Below, piece by piece: positions 30,991 to 42,437 of a stretch of DNA of 64,000 nt (position 1 is its first letter; each line of letters begins with the position of its first letter). The notes under the pieces were generated by a model that worked only from the letters and a program-made list of their open reading frames with translations, was not told the origin of the DNA and made no database searches. Both the position numbers and the translations under genes were made by a program. The stretch covers positions 23,794 to 87,793 of the forward strand of contig CACLJX010000004.1 of the NCBI GenBank assembly GCA_902607435.1, in the 5' to 3' direction. Source of the DNA: an uncultured Alphaproteobacteria bacterium (GTDB lineage Bacteria; Pseudomonadota; Alphaproteobacteria; HIMB59; GCA-002718135).

Positions 30991-32910
30991 ATGTCAAAAG
31001 TAATAGGTATTGACTTAGGAACAACAAATTCTTGTGTTGCAGTGATGGAGGGCAAAGAAGGAAAAGTAATTGAAAATTTAGAAGGGGCAAGAACAACTCC
31101 TTCAATGGTAGCTTTTACTGAGTCTAAGGAAAGGCTAGTTGGTCAATCTGCAAAACGTCAAGCCGTTACAAATCCTGAAAATACTCTTTTTGCTATTAAA
31201 CGTTTAATCGGAAGAAACTTCACAGATGACATTGTTAAAAGAGATAGCGGTCTTGTTCCCTACAAAATTATTAAAGGAGACAATGGCGGTGCATGGGTAG
31301 AAGCAAGAAAAGAAAAATATAGCCCCAGTCAGATAAGTGCATTTATATTGCAAAAGATGAAAGAGACTGCTGAAAGTCATATCGGAGCAAAAGTAACTCA
31401 AGCTGTAATAACTGTGCCAGCTTATTTTAATGACTCCCAAAGACAGGCAACAAAAGATGCAGGCAAGATTGCAGGCCTTGAAGTTTTAAGAATTATTAAT
31501 GAGCCCACAGCCGCAGCTCTTGCATATGGATTGGATAAAAAGAAGACTGGAACAGTAGCTGTCTATGATTTAGGTGGAGGAACATTTGACATATCTATTT
31601 TAGAAATTGGTGACGGTGTTTTTGAGGTAAAATCAACAAATGGCGATACACATTTGGGTGGTGAAGATTTTGATTTAGAAATAATTAATTATTTAGCAGA
31701 TGAATTTAAAAAAGATAACGGAGTTGATTTGCGTCAAGATAAATTAGCCTTACAAAGACTAAAAGAAGCTGCTGAAAAAGCAAAAATTGAATTATCAAGT
31801 AGTACTGAAACAGAGGTTAACTTGCCCTTTATTACTGCTGATCAAGCTGGTCCAAAACATCTTACTATAAAATTGTCTAGAGCAAAATTAGAAGCAATTA
31901 TAGGCAATTTAATCACTCAAAGTATCAAGCCATGCGAATTGGCTCTTAAAGATGCAGGCTTAAAAGCTTCTGACATTAATGACGTTCTGTTAGTTGGCGG
32001 TATGACACGTATGCCAAAAGTAGTTGAAATAGTTAAAAATTTCTTTGGTAAAGAACCAAACAAAAGTGTTAATCCAGATGAGGTGGTTGCAACTGGAGCA
32101 GCCATTCAGGGTGGAGTTCTTCAAGGCGATGTAAAAGATGTTTTGCTTTTAGATGTAACACCTTTATCACTCGGGATTGAAACCCTAGGAGGTGTTTTTA
32201 CTCGATTAATTGATAAAAATACAACAATTCCAACAAAAAAAAGCCAAATTTTTTCTACAGCTGAAGATAACCAGAGTGCTGTTACAATAAGAGTATATCA
32301 AGGAGAAAGGGAAATGGCAGCTGATAATAAGCTTCTTGGTCAATTTGATCTAGTAGGTATTCCCCCCGCAGCTAGAGGAATGCCTCAAATCGAAGTTACG
32401 TTTGATATTGATGCGAATGGCATTGTGAATGTATCTGCGAAAGATAAAGCAACTGGAAAAGAACAACAAATACGGATTCAGGCTTCAAGCGGCTTATCTG
32501 AAGAAGATATTGAAAAAATGATTAAAGATGCTGAAGAAAATGCAGAAGCTGATAAGAAAAAAAGGGAGTTAATTGATGCCCGTAATCAGGCTGATAGCCT
32601 TGTTAATGAAACAGAAAAAAATGTTAAAGAACATGGAGATAAAATTTCCGAAACTGACAAGAAGAAAATTGAAGAGGATGTGGAAGAGCTTAAAAAGGTT
32701 AAAGATAATGATGACTTAGAATTAATTAAATCTAAAACTGAACAATTAGTACAATCTTCTTTAAAATTAGGCGAGGCAATTTATAAACAAAATCCTCAAG
32801 ATCAAACGCCTCAACCTGATCCTTCAGGTGAAGAACCGTCCTCGGATAAAAAAAATGATAAAGTTGTCGATGCAGACTTTGAAGAAGTTGACGAGAAGAA
32901 AAAAGATTAA
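30991..32910 (+). CDS. dnaK: Chaperone DnaK
   Basis: [17 protein letters not shown], full-length Hsp70. Confidence 0.99.
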   Translation: MSKVIGIDLGTTNSCVAVMEGKEGKVIENLEGARTTPSMVAFTESKERLVGQSAKRQAVTNPENTLFAIKRLIGRNFTDDIVKRDSGLVPYKIIKGDNGGAWVEARKEKYSPSQISAFILQKMKETAESHIGAKVTQAVITVPAYFNDSQRQATKDAGKIAGLEVLRIINEPTAAALAYGLDKKKTGTVAVYDLGGGTFDISILEIGDGVFEVKSTNGDTHLGGEDFDLEIINYLADEFKKDNGVDLRQDKLALQRLKEAAEKAKIELSSSTETEVNLPFITADQAGPKHLTIKLSRAKLEAIIGNLITQSIKPCELALKDAGLKASDINDVLLVGGMTRMPKVVEIVKNFFGKEPNKSVNPDEVVATGAAIQGGVLQGDVKDVLLLDVTPLSLGIETLGGVFTRLIDKNTTIPTKKSQIFSTAEDNQSAVTIRVYQGEREMAADNKLLGQFDLVGIPPAARGMPQIEVTFDIDANGIVNVSAKDKATGKEQQIRIQASSGLSEEDIEKMIKDAEENAEADKKKRELIDARNQADSLVNETEKNVKEHGDKISETDKKKIEEDVEELKKVKDNDDLELIKSKTEQLVQSSLKLGEAIYKQNPQDQTPQPDPSGEEPSSDKKNDKVVDADFEEVDEKKKD

Positions 32911-32949
32911 TTAATAAAAATTGATCCTTTTGTAATTTGGGGATTGTTC

Positions 32950-34080
32950 ATGGCTGATAAAGATTTTTATGAAGTTTTAGGAGTCTCACGCGGTGCAAGC
33001 GATGCTGAAATAAAAAAATCTTATCGGAAACTCGCTATGAAGTATCATCCTGATCAAAATAAAGGCAATCAAGAGGCAGAAAAAAAATTTAAAGAAATTA
33101 GTTCTGCCTATGAAATACTGAAGGATTCACAAAAAAGAGCAGCTTACGATCAATACGGACATGATGCTTTTCGACAAGGAGGAATAGGAGGAGCGCAGGG
33201 TTTTGGAGATTTTGCAGGAGGATTCTCAGATATTTTTGAAGAATTTTTTGGAGGAGGTTTTGGATCTTCTTCCCGCCAACGAGGCCCTTCGAGAGGAAAT
33301 GATTTAAGATATAATATGTCTATTTCACTTCAAGAAGCATTTACAGGTAAAAAAACTCAAATTAGAATTCCAAGTTATGTAGGGTGTGATTTATGTAGTA
33401 GTACTGGAAGTGCAGACAAGTCTGGTCCAAGCACATGTTCTTCTTGTAATGGCCATGGGAAAGTTCGTTCAACTTCTGGTTTTTTTTCTATTGAGCGACC
33501 CTGCCCATCATGTGGTGGGGAAGGCTCTAGCATCAAAAATCCATGTTTAAAATGCAGTGGAAATGGCCAGATAAAAAAACAGAAAACCATATCGGTTAAT
33601 ATTCCAGCAGGAGTTGATACCGGTACAAGAATTAGAATAACTGGAGAAGGAGAGCCAGGTCAACGGGGCGCAAGTTCTGGGGATCTTTATATTTTTACTA
33701 ATGTTAAGAAAGATAGATTATTTGAAAGAGAAGAAGAAAATATTTTTTGTCATATTCCAATATCAATAACTACTGCAATATTAGGAGGTAAAATTGAAGT
33801 TCCAACCATTGAAGGAAAAAAAGCACATTTAACTATTCCTCCTGGCACTCAATCCGAAACGCAATTTCGCTTAAAAGGCAAAGGAATGAGTATTTTGCGT
33901 CAAAATATGCGTGGAGATATGTATGTAGAAGTTTTAGTAGAAATACCTATAAATTTAACAAATAGACAAAAAGTTATATTAAAAGATTTTGAGAAAGAAG
34001 GAGGAACCTCTAAAAACCATAGTCCCAAAAGTCAAAGTTTTTTCCAAAAAATTAAAGAAGTGTGGGAAGATATAGCATAA
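32950..34080 (+). CDS. dnaJ: Chaperone DnaJ
   Basis: J domain HPD, G/F region, four CxxCxGxG-type repeats. Confidence 0.98.
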   Translation: MADKDFYEVLGVSRGASDAEIKKSYRKLAMKYHPDQNKGNQEAEKKFKEISSAYEILKDSQKRAAYDQYGHDAFRQGGIGGAQGFGDFAGGFSDIFEEFFGGGFGSSSRQRGPSRGNDLRYNMSISLQEAFTGKKTQIRIPSYVGCDLCSSTGSADKSGPSTCSSCNGHGKVRSTSGFFSIERPCPSCGGEGSSIKNPCLKCSGNGQIKKQKTISVNIPAGVDTGTRIRITGEGEPGQRGASSGDLYIFTNVKKDRLFEREEENIFCHIPISITTAILGGKIEVPTIEGKKAHLTIPPGTQSETQFRLKGKGMSILRQNMRGDMYVEVLVEIPINLTNRQKVILKDFEKEGGTSKNHSPKSQSFFQKIKEVWEDIA

Positions 34081-34120
34081 TACCTTTCATTTTTTTATTC
34101 CGAAAGTATAAAGTAGAATT

Positions 34121-34927
34121 ATGACATTAATTAATATCGGAATCGCTGGTTGTCTTGGCCGAATGGGCAAAGAACTTGTTAAAAGTTTAATAGAGGATAA
34201 TCGAATTAATTTTTCAGGAGGATTGGAGCATTCAGATCACAAAGATTTAAATAAAAAATTTTCTACATTGCTTGGGTTAAACACCGATCATCAAGTTAGC
34301 AATAATGCTGAAAAAATATTTTCTGATTCAGATGTGGTTATTGATTTTACGACTCCATCATCTACTGCACAAAATCTTATAACTGCAAAAAAAAATAATA
34401 CATCATTAGTTATTGGCACCACAGGATTGACACAAGATATTTTAAAAAACATTAAAGAAATATCAAAAGACATACCTATATTACAATCTGCAAATATGAG
34501 TCTTGGAGTGAATCTTCTTTTCCAACTAGTACAACAAGCTGCTTCAATTTTAGATAAAACAAATTATGATATTGAGATATCTGAAACGCATCACAAACAT
34601 AAAATAGATGCCCCATCAGGTACAGCAATTGCACTTGGAGAATATGCTTCGAAAGGAAGAAATACAGATTTCAATCAGGTTAAAGTTTTTGATAGATTAA
34701 ATTCCACTGAAAAAAGGAATACTGGTGATATAGGATTTTCTGTAATAAGAGGCGGAGAAATAGCTGGCGAACATACTGTTAGCTTAATTGGAACTAATGA
34801 TAGAATTGATTTATCCCACAAAGCTTTAAATCGATCAATTTTTGTTAAAGGTGCAGTTGAGGCGGCAATATTTTTATCACAACAAAAATATGGTTTTTAT
34901 ACAATGGACGATATAATCCACTCATAG
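34121..34927 (+). CDS. dapB: 4-hydroxy-tetrahydrodipicolinate reductase
   Basis: GCLGRMG, IDFT, GTTG, ETHHKHKIDAPSGTA. Confidence 0.96.
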   Translation: MTLINIGIAGCLGRMGKELVKSLIEDNRINFSGGLEHSDHKDLNKKFSTLLGLNTDHQVSNNAEKIFSDSDVVIDFTTPSSTAQNLITAKKNNTSLVIGTTGLTQDILKNIKEISKDIPILQSANMSLGVNLLFQLVQQAASILDKTNYDIEISETHHKHKIDAPSGTAIALGEYASKGRNTDFNQVKVFDRLNSTEKRNTGDIGFSVIRGGEIAGEHTVSLIGTNDRIDLSHKALNRSIFVKGAVEAAIFLSQQKYGFYTMDDIIHS

Positions 34928-34986
34928 TTCAATTTATAATAAATAAATTTTTTTTATTTAGGATTTTTAATTTAATAACTTATTTA

Positions 34987-35628
34987 ATGAAACAATCAAT
35001 AATAGACAAAATATTTTATAATTTATTAAAAGATTTTCCTAAACCAAAATCTGAACTCAAATACATTAACAAATTTACATTTCTAGTTTCTGTTATTTTA
35101 TCAGCTCAAGCTACCGATGTGTCTGTTAATAAGGCTACAAAAGATTTATTCAAAGTTGCAAAAACTCCTCAAGCCATGATTAATCTTGGAGAAAAAAAAT
35201 TAAAAAAATATATTAAAACTATTGGTTTGTTTAATACAAAATCAAAAAATATTGTCAATTTAAGCAAGGTACTTGTTAATAAATTTAATAATAAAATCCC
35301 ACAAGAATTTAGAGAGTTAATATCTTTACCCGGAGTTGGCAATAAAACAGCAAGCGTTTACCAAAATGCCATTTTAAAATTACCACGTATTGCTGTTGAT
35401 ACCCATGTTTTTAGAGTATCTAATCGTATTGGTATTGTTAATGCCAGAACAACTGATTTAACACAAATTCAATTAGAGAAACTTGTGCCCAAAAAATGGC
35501 TTTTCAATGCACACCATCTTTTAATATTACATGGTAGAAGAATTTGCAAATCCCAAAAACCACTTTGTAAAAGATGTTCAATATTTCATTTATGTGAGTA
35601 TAAAGAGAAAATTAATTATCAATATTAA
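34987..35628 (+). CDS. nth: Endonuclease III
   Basis: LSAQATD, LPGVGNKTA, VDTHVFR, Cx6Cx2Cx5C. Confidence 0.96.
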   Translation: MKQSIIDKIFYNLLKDFPKPKSELKYINKFTFLVSVILSAQATDVSVNKATKDLFKVAKTPQAMINLGEKKLKKYIKTIGLFNTKSKNIVNLSKVLVNKFNNKIPQEFRELISLPGVGNKTASVYQNAILKLPRIAVDTHVFRVSNRIGIVNARTTDLTQIQLEKLVPKKWLFNAHHLLILHGRRICKSQKPLCKRCSIFHLCEYKEKINYQY

Positions 35629-35632
35629 ATAA

Positions 35633-36175
35633 CTAAGCTAATTTAATTTCTTCAAAACATTTTTTTATGTCTGTTTGCTTTTCAATTAATTCTCCAAAAG
35701 CATTTCTTAATTCATAGTGTTCAACCCGGGATTTTTTAATAGATCTATTAAAATAAACAAATACTCTGCAACTTTTTGTATCAAAACGAGCTGTTATGGT
35801 TTTCCCGTCTTCTCTTAGAAGTTTAGGTTTGCCTAAATTTTGAGTAATTTCTTTTAAAGTTTTTCCAACAAAACTATTTGCAGTAATTTTATTTTGTTTA
35901 AGAACTACTGTTTTCTCTTTCTTTTTTTCTATTATTATTACGTTTTTTTCTAATAATATTTCTTCTTTTAATTCTTCTAACTCTTTCTTATTTTCTTTCT
36001 CTTTATTTTCTTCAACCGATATTTCCTTTTCTGGCTCTTCTTTATTTGAGGCAATATTTTGAATTGAGGTTTTAATGCTATTTGTTGCTTTGTTAATTTC
36101 TTTAGCAACTTCAATTGTTGCGCAACCAGATAGTATTAAAACTTTCAATATTGATAATATGAATATTGCTCTCAC
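35633..36175 (-). CDS. Hypothetical lipoprotein
   Basis: Lipobox LSGC, charged coiled-coil linker, C-terminal LGKP...C domain. Confidence 0.65.
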   Translation of the reverse strand: MRAIFILSILKVLILSGCATIEVAKEINKATNSIKTSIQNIASNKEEPEKEISVEENKEKENKKELEELKEEILLEKNVIIIEKKKEKTVVLKQNKITANSFVGKTLKEITQNLGKPKLLREDGKTITARFDTKSCRVFVYFNRSIKKSRVEHYELRNAFGELIEKQTDIKKCFEEIKLA

Positions 36176-36206
36176 TACGAAATAATTATATCCTTATATT
36201 TATATT

Positions 36207-36827
36207 ATGCTTATATTAATCAAATCCCCATTCATAGATTTTAAATTATCAATTTTAAGAAATAAAAAAACTTCTAATTCATTATTTAGACAAACGATGA
36301 ATGAAATCAGTTATTTAATTGCCTCTGAAGCACTTAAACATTTAAAATTTAAAACAATATCAGTTCAAACTCCAATAAAAAAATCAGCAGGAAAACACTT
36401 GTCTCAATCTATTGTAATTGTGCCTATATTAAGAGCTGGATTGGGTTTAGTAGAAGGCTTTGTCAAGCTTCTTCCAGATGCGGAGAAAGGTCATATTGGT
36501 TTATATAGAGATGAACAAACATATAAACCAGTTGAATATTTGTGTAAGCTACCAAAGATAAAGAATAAAATGTTTATAGTTTTGGATCCAATGTTGGCAA
36601 CTGGTAATTCATGCGTGGAAGCTATCAATCTTCTAAAAAAATCTGGAATTTCTGTTAATAATATTCTTCTTGTATCATTATTGGCTGCTCCTGAAGGAAT
36701 TAAAAATGTTAAAAAAACTCACAAAGGTCTTAAATTATTTACTTGTAGTGTCGATCAAGGTTTAAATAAAAATAAATTTATTGTTCCTGGTTTAGGTGAT
36801 GCTGGAGATAGGTATATGGGCACTTAA
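36207..36827 (+). CDS. upp: Uracil phosphoribosyltransferase
   Basis: VPILRAGLG, DPMLATGNS, IVPGLGDAGDR. Confidence 0.96.
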   Translation: MLILIKSPFIDFKLSILRNKKTSNSLFRQTMNEISYLIASEALKHLKFKTISVQTPIKKSAGKHLSQSIVIVPILRAGLGLVEGFVKLLPDAEKGHIGLYRDEQTYKPVEYLCKLPKIKNKMFIVLDPMLATGNSCVEAINLLKKSGISVNNILLVSLLAAPEGIKNVKKTHKGLKLFTCSVDQGLNKNKFIVPGLGDAGDRYMGT

Positions 36828-36938
36828 ACACTTGCTAATCCACAGATATATTCTCTTTTTTTAAAGAATTTTTTGACTTATTAATAGATATTTAGGATTA
36901 TGATCCATTAATAATCTTTGATCAGAGGAAATCTAATT

Positions 36939-37913
36939 ATGAAAAAAATTATAAATATATTTATTGCTTTAAGTGCGCTTGTTTTTTCTACAAGTTTGTT
37001 AGCAAACAAAATTGGAGTCATTTATGACTCAGGTGGCAAGTTTGACAAGTCATTTAACGAGTTAGCTTTCAGAACAGCTGAAAGAGTTCATAACGAATTA
37101 GGCTGGGACATGCTTGAATTTGAAGCTGCTAACAATACTCAAATTGAACAAGGCATGAGAAAAGTTGCAGACAGAGGTGCAACTCTAATTGTTGCTATGG
37201 GTTTTGCGCAAGCGGATGCAGTAGCTGCAATAGCTCCACAATATCCAGATGTAAACTTTGTTGCTGTTGATGTTTGTTGGGTAGATGATCCTGCAGGAAA
37301 TATTTATCAAGCTTGTTACTTAGAGCATGAAGGTTCGTTTTTAGTAGGCATGATTGCTGCTATGGCATCAAAATCTGGTACAATAGGTTTTGTTGGCGGA
37401 ATGGACATACCGTTAATTCGAAAATTTCAAGGTGGTTATGAGCAAGGTGCTTTACATGTTAATCCTAATATTAAAATTCTGGCAAACATGACAGGCACAA
37501 CTCCTGAAGCTTGGAATGATCCAACTAAGGGAGCTGAATTAACCAGAGGACAAATCGATGGAGGTGCTGACGTGGTTTACCAAGCTGCTGGAGGAACTGG
37601 AATTGGTGTTCTTCAAGCTGCTGCTGATGCTGGAATTTATGGTATAGGCGTTGATACTAACCAAAACTGGATGCATCCAGGTAGTATGTTAACTTCTATG
37701 TTAAAGCGTTTGGACTTAACTATTTTTGCGCAAGCGGAAAAAACTGCTGCCGGGACTTTTGAGCCAGGTATTCATTTTTTAGGCCTTGCTGATGGTATGG
37801 TGGGATACGCTATAGAAGATGGTCAAGTAACTGCTGAAATGCAAAGTGCAGTTGATGCAGCTGCTGCAGAAATAGTAAGTGGCGCTATTACTGTTGCTGA
37901 TTGGTCACAATAA
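36939..37913 (+). CDS. BMP-family nucleoside ABC transporter substrate-binding protein
   Basis: Signal peptide from MKKII; GGKFDKSFN, EHEGSFLVG, AAGGTGIG, IGVDTNQ, TSMLKR. Confidence 0.92.
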   Translation: MKKIINIFIALSALVFSTSLLANKIGVIYDSGGKFDKSFNELAFRTAERVHNELGWDMLEFEAANNTQIEQGMRKVADRGATLIVAMGFAQADAVAAIAPQYPDVNFVAVDVCWVDDPAGNIYQACYLEHEGSFLVGMIAAMASKSGTIGFVGGMDIPLIRKFQGGYEQGALHVNPNIKILANMTGTTPEAWNDPTKGAELTRGQIDGGADVVYQAAGGTGIGVLQAAADAGIYGIGVDTNQNWMHPGSMLTSMLKRLDLTIFAQAEKTAAGTFEPGIHFLGLADGMVGYAIEDGQVTAEMQSAVDAAAAEIVSGAITVADWSQ

Positions 37914-37932
37914 TAATAAAATAAATAGTATT

Positions 37933-37981
37933 GGCGAGACCTTAAAATTACATTATAGAATTTTATGGTCTCGCCTATTTT
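37933..37981 (+). terminator. Stem-loop between SBP and ATPase genes covering the ATPase start codon
   Basis: GGCGAGACC-T-TAAAATT...AATTTTA-T-GGTCTCGCC followed by TATTTT. Confidence 0.65.
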
Positions 37982-39485
37982 GGAGTTATCAAAAATCAAC
38001 AAATCTTTTGGCCACGTTCAAGCCAATAAAGAGATCACATTAAAAGTTAACAAAGGAACAATTCACGGAATCATCGGTGAAAACGGTGCTGGAAAATCTA
38101 CTTTAATGAGCATCGTTTATGGTTTTTATCAAGCTGATTCTGGAACGATTAGTATTAATGGAAAAACAATAAATTTAAAATCACCCCGTGATTCAATTTT
38201 AAGTGGCATAGGAATGGTTCATCAACATTTTATGTTGGTAGAAAATTTCACAGTTTTAGAAAATATAATTTTAGGTTTTGAAGGAGAGATTGTTTTTGGC
38301 AAAAAATTAGAGCAAGCAAAAATAAATTTAAAAAATTTATGTGAAACATATAAATTAAATATTGATTTAGATTCTATTATTTCAGATTTATCTGTAGGTT
38401 TTAGGCAAAGAGTTGAAATTCTTAAGTCGTTATATCGAGGAGCAGAAATATTTATTTTAGATGAGCCAACCGGCGTCTTAACTCCTCAAGAAGTTGATGA
38501 ACTTTTTAAAATTTTACGATCACTTCAAAAAGAAGGAAAAACAATTGTTTTAATTACACATAAATTAAATGAGATTATGGCTTTAACAAGCGAAGTCTCA
38601 GTAATGCGACAAGGGGAAATGGTAGGGCATAAAAAAACTGAGTTAACTAATAAAGAAGAATTAGCTGAGATGATGGTCGGAAGAAGTGTGCTACTTAGAA
38701 TCAATAGAACTGAAGCCCAAAAAGGCGAAGTAGTATTTCGTGTTAATAATTTGCAAGTAAAAGATGATCTTGGTGTAATGAGAGTAAAAGATGTTAATTT
38801 TGAGATTCATAAAGGGGAAATTCTTGGACTTGCTGGAGTAACAGGTAATGGACAAACAGAACTTCTTGAAGCCTTATCAGGTATAAGAAAAATTGAGTCA
38901 GGAGAAATACAGTTATTTAATGAAACCATTTCTGATCAAAATAATTTTCTAAATCCTAAGGAATTGAAAGAAAAAGGACTTGTTCATGTTCCAGAAGATC
39001 GACAAAGAATGGGACTCATTACTGATTTTAAAGCATATGAGAATTTAATTTTTGGTTATCATCATCAGCTACCTTTTTCTAAATCATCAATATTAAAAGA
39101 GAAAGACATATTATCTCACTCAAGAAAAGTAATGGAGGAATATGATGTGCGTCCCCAATCACCACATTTAATTACTTCTAATTTTTCAGGCGGCAATCAA
39201 CAAAAAATAATTTTAAGTCGTGAATTAAATGAAAATCCAAAAGTATTATTAGTAGGTCAACCTACAAGAGGAGTAGATATTGGAGCTATTGAATTTATTC
39301 ATCAAAGACTCATTGATATGAGAAATAAAGGTGTGGCTATTCTTTTGGTTTCAGTTGAGTTAGAAGAAGTTTTATCTCTTTCAGATAGAATTGTTGTAAT
39401 GTTTGATGGCAAAATTGTTGGTGAGAAAGTTAATAAAGATGTAACTGACCGTGAGATAGGATTGTTAATGGCAGGCATTGCTTAA
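37965..39485 (+). CDS. Nucleoside/sugar ABC transporter ATP-binding protein (two ABC domains)
   Basis: GENGAGKST, GMVHQHF, LDEPT, PEDR, SGGNQQK. Confidence 0.93.
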   Translation: MVSPILELSKINKSFGHVQANKEITLKVNKGTIHGIIGENGAGKSTLMSIVYGFYQADSGTISINGKTINLKSPRDSILSGIGMVHQHFMLVENFTVLENIILGFEGEIVFGKKLEQAKINLKNLCETYKLNIDLDSIISDLSVGFRQRVEILKSLYRGAEIFILDEPTGVLTPQEVDELFKILRSLQKEGKTIVLITHKLNEIMALTSEVSVMRQGEMVGHKKTELTNKEELAEMMVGRSVLLRINRTEAQKGEVVFRVNNLQVKDDLGVMRVKDVNFEIHKGEILGLAGVTGNGQTELLEALSGIRKIESGEIQLFNETISDQNNFLNPKELKEKGLVHVPEDRQRMGLITDFKAYENLIFGYHHQLPFSKSSILKEKDILSHSRKVMEEYDVRPQSPHLITSNFSGGNQQKIILSRELNENPKVLLVGQPTRGVDIGAIEFIHQRLIDMRNKGVAILLVSVELEEVLSLSDRIVVMFDGKIVGEKVNKDVTDREIGLLMAGIA

Positions 39486-40604
39486 ATGAGTGCTTTAGTC
39501 GATAAATCAAAAGTTCCTTGGTGGGTTTCTAATTTAATTGTACCATTGGTAAATCTGGTTTTAGCTCTTTTAGTATCAGGTTTATTTATTTTTATTGCTG
39601 GTGAAAATCCCATCCAAGCAGTTCAGCTCATAATTTATGGTTCTTTTGGATATATAGAGGGTTTTGCTTACACTCTTTATTATACAACTAATTTTATTTT
39701 TACGGGTCTTGCATTTGCCGTAGCTTTTCATTGCCGTCTATTTAATATAGGAGGAGAGGGGCAAGCATATCTCGGTGGACTTGGAGTTTTCTTTGTTGCA
39801 ATCAATTTTAGTTTTTTACCTGTTCCAATTGTGTGGCTGTTAGCTGTAATTGGTGCTGCTTTATTTGGTGCCGCATGGGCATTTATTCCTGGATACCTTC
39901 AGGCAAAAAGAGGGAGTCACGTTGTAATAACAACTATCATGTTTAACTTTATAGCGTCATCTTTAATGGTGTTTTTACTTGTTGATGTAATCCGCGACAC
40001 TAATCAAATGGGCCCACATACTGTAGTTGTTGCTAAAGAGCTCTGGTTTCCCACATTTAAAGACTTTGGTCAATTCATTGGACTTAAAATCAGATATTCA
40101 CCTCTAAATATTTCTTTCCTTCTTGCAATTGCAGCATTATTTTTTGTTTGGTTTTTAATTTGGAAAACAAAATGGGGTTATGAAATGAGAGCAGTTGGAC
40201 ATAGCACCAAAGCTGCTGTTTATGCAGGCATTTCTCCCCATAGAAATATTATTATTGCAATGTTAATTTCAGGAGCATTAGCTGGCTTGCTAGGTATAAA
40301 TGAAATTCTTGGAGTTCATCATAAAGTAATTGCAGGCTTTCCAGCTGGATATGGATTTACTGGAATAGCAGTTGCTTTAATGGGAAGGAATCATCCCATA
40401 GGTATTTTTCCTGCGGCTTTTTTATTCGGAATTTTATATCAAGGAGGATCTGAAGTAACTTTTGATATGCCAAATATTACAAGATACATGTTTGTGGCTG
40501 TACAAGGTGTAATTATTTTATTCAGTGGAGCTTTAGAAAATTTATTTAGACCTCAAATAGAGAGTTTTTTTGTTAAACGTTTAAATACAGTGCAGACAGT
40601 GTAA
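39486..40604 (+). CDS. Nucleoside ABC transporter permease
   Basis: LFNIGGEGQ, VITTIMFN, GYEMRAVG, GFTGIAVALMGRNHP. Confidence 0.92.
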   Translation: MSALVDKSKVPWWVSNLIVPLVNLVLALLVSGLFIFIAGENPIQAVQLIIYGSFGYIEGFAYTLYYTTNFIFTGLAFAVAFHCRLFNIGGEGQAYLGGLGVFFVAINFSFLPVPIVWLLAVIGAALFGAAWAFIPGYLQAKRGSHVVITTIMFNFIASSLMVFLLVDVIRDTNQMGPHTVVVAKELWFPTFKDFGQFIGLKIRYSPLNISFLLAIAALFFVWFLIWKTKWGYEMRAVGHSTKAAVYAGISPHRNIIIAMLISGALAGLLGINEILGVHHKVIAGFPAGYGFTGIAVALMGRNHPIGIFPAAFLFGILYQGGSEVTFDMPNITRYMFVAVQGVIILFSGALENLFRPQIESFFVKRLNTVQTV

Positions 40605-41575
40605 TGGAATATTTTTTAGATATTGCATCGTTACTTAATTCTACATTTAGAATTTCAACACCCCTAGTTTTTGCTGCAATGGCCGGACTTTTTGCTGAAC
40701 GATCAGGAGTGATAGATTTTAGTTTAGAGGGAAAAATGCTGACCGCAGCTTTTGTAGCAGCAACTGGTTCTTATTTTTTTGGTTCAGAATGGTTGGGATT
40801 GGTATTAGCCATAATGGCTTGTGTTAGTCTATCAATGTTACATGGTTTCGCCTCGGTGACACATAAAGGAGACCAGGTTGTATCCTGTGTAGCGATTAAC
40901 ATTTTAATGATTGGACTTACTACTGCATTAGCTGCAGCCTGGTTTGGCGAAGCAGGGCTAACACCTACACTAAATAATGACCAAAGATTTTTAGAAATCA
41001 CTCTCCCTTTTGCAGATGCTTTAAGATCCGTTCCTATAATTGGTTTAATTTATAGTGAAATACTAAGCGGACATTATATTTTTGTATATATGGCTTATTT
41101 GTTGGTACCAGTGGTTTATTGGGTTGTATTTAAAACAAGTTTTGGATTAAGACTCCGTGCAGTTGGAGAAAATCCCAGCGCTGTAGATACTGCAGGTATT
41201 AATGTTTTTTCCATGCGCTATAAGGCATTGGCGATTAATGGAGTTTTAATCGCTTTTGCTGGCGCACATTTATCAACAGCCGTTAATGCTAATTTTTTTA
41301 GAGAAATGTCTGCTGGTAGAGGATACTTAGCTTTAGCAGCATTAATTTTTGGAAAATGGCATCCTAAAACTGCTTTGCTTGCTTGTATGCTTTTTGGATT
41401 TACTGATGCATTACAAATTAGATTGCAAGGCGTTGCTCTGCCAATTGTTGGCATTATTCCTGTTCAATTTATTCAAGCAATTCCATATGTTTTAACTGTT
41501 GTATTATTAGCTGGATTTGTTGGTAAAGCAATTGCGCCCAGCGCTATTGGTCAACCATATGTAAAGGAGCAATAG
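40604..41575 (+). CDS. Nucleoside ABC transporter permease
   Basis: ERSGV..LEGKM, GLRLRAVGENP, GRGYLALAALIFGKW. Confidence 0.92.
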   Translation: MEYFLDIASLLNSTFRISTPLVFAAMAGLFAERSGVIDFSLEGKMLTAAFVAATGSYFFGSEWLGLVLAIMACVSLSMLHGFASVTHKGDQVVSCVAINILMIGLTTALAAAWFGEAGLTPTLNNDQRFLEITLPFADALRSVPIIGLIYSEILSGHYIFVYMAYLLVPVVYWVVFKTSFGLRLRAVGENPSAVDTAGINVFSMRYKALAINGVLIAFAGAHLSTAVNANFFREMSAGRGYLALAALIFGKWHPKTALLACMLFGFTDALQIRLQGVALPIVGIIPVQFIQAIPYVLTVVLLAGFVGKAIAPSAIGQPYVKEQ

Positions 41576-41691
41576 AAAATATTTCTTTATATTGATTACA
41601 TCAAGGAAAATTCACCATAAAATATAATTTTTTATTGAAATCTAAAAAATATTTCTATTTTAGTTAAATAGTATTTAATAAGGAGAATAAC

Positions 41692-42354
41692 ATGTCACTA
41701 AGAATTAACGATATTGCACCTGACTTTACAGTTAATACGACAAAAGGCGAAATATCATTTCATGATTGGATTGGAAATGGGTGGGCAATTTTATTTTCCC
41801 ATCCAAAAGATTTTACACCAGTGTGTACCACAGAACTTGGATCGCTTGCTAAATTAGAACCTGAGTTTGCAAAAAGGAATGTAAAAGTTATGGGTCTGAG
41901 CGTAGATTCTGTTGATGATCATAATTCGTGGTTAAATGATATTGAAGAAGTTACAAATTCACGACCAACCTATCCTATTGTAGCAGATAGCGAGTTAAAA
42001 GTAGCAAAATTATATGGGATGTTACAAACTTCTGAAAAAGGAAACTCTAAAGGACGTACCGCAGTAGACAATCAAACTGTTCGCACTGTTTTTGTTGTTG
42101 GTCCAGATAAAAAAATTAAACTTTTTTTAACTTATCCCATGGCGACAGGGCGTAATTTTAATGAACTTTTAAGAGTGATTGATTCTTTACAACTTACAGC
42201 AAAGCATAAAGTTGCTACTCCTGCTGATTGGCAAAAGGGTGAAGAAGTAATTATAGTTCCCTCTTTAAAAGATGAAGAAGCAAGCAAGCTATTCCCAGAC
42301 GGTTGGAAAGCGGTAAAACCGTATTTACGCAAAGTTTCAGATCCTTCCAATTAA
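41692..42354 (+). CDS. 1-Cys peroxiredoxin (Prx6)
   Basis: FSHPKDFTPVCTTELG, YPMATGRNF, ATPADW. Confidence 0.95.
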   Translation: MSLRINDIAPDFTVNTTKGEISFHDWIGNGWAILFSHPKDFTPVCTTELGSLAKLEPEFAKRNVKVMGLSVDSVDDHNSWLNDIEEVTNSRPTYPIVADSELKVAKLYGMLQTSEKGNSKGRTAVDNQTVRTVFVVGPDKKIKLFLTYPMATGRNFNELLRVIDSLQLTAKHKVATPADWQKGEEVIIVPSLKDEEASKLFPDGWKAVKPYLRKVSDPSN

Positions 42355-42385
42355 CAATTATTGTAAAAATTAAATTTTGAGATTA

Positions 42386-42410
42386 AAAGCAGGGCTATGT
42401 TCCCTGCTTT
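42386..42410 (+). terminator. Intrinsic terminator after peroxiredoxin
   Basis: AAAGCAGGG-7nt-CCCTGCTTT perfect stem. Confidence 0.75.
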
Positions 42411-42437
42411 GTTATTATAATTTTTATATTTTTAAAT

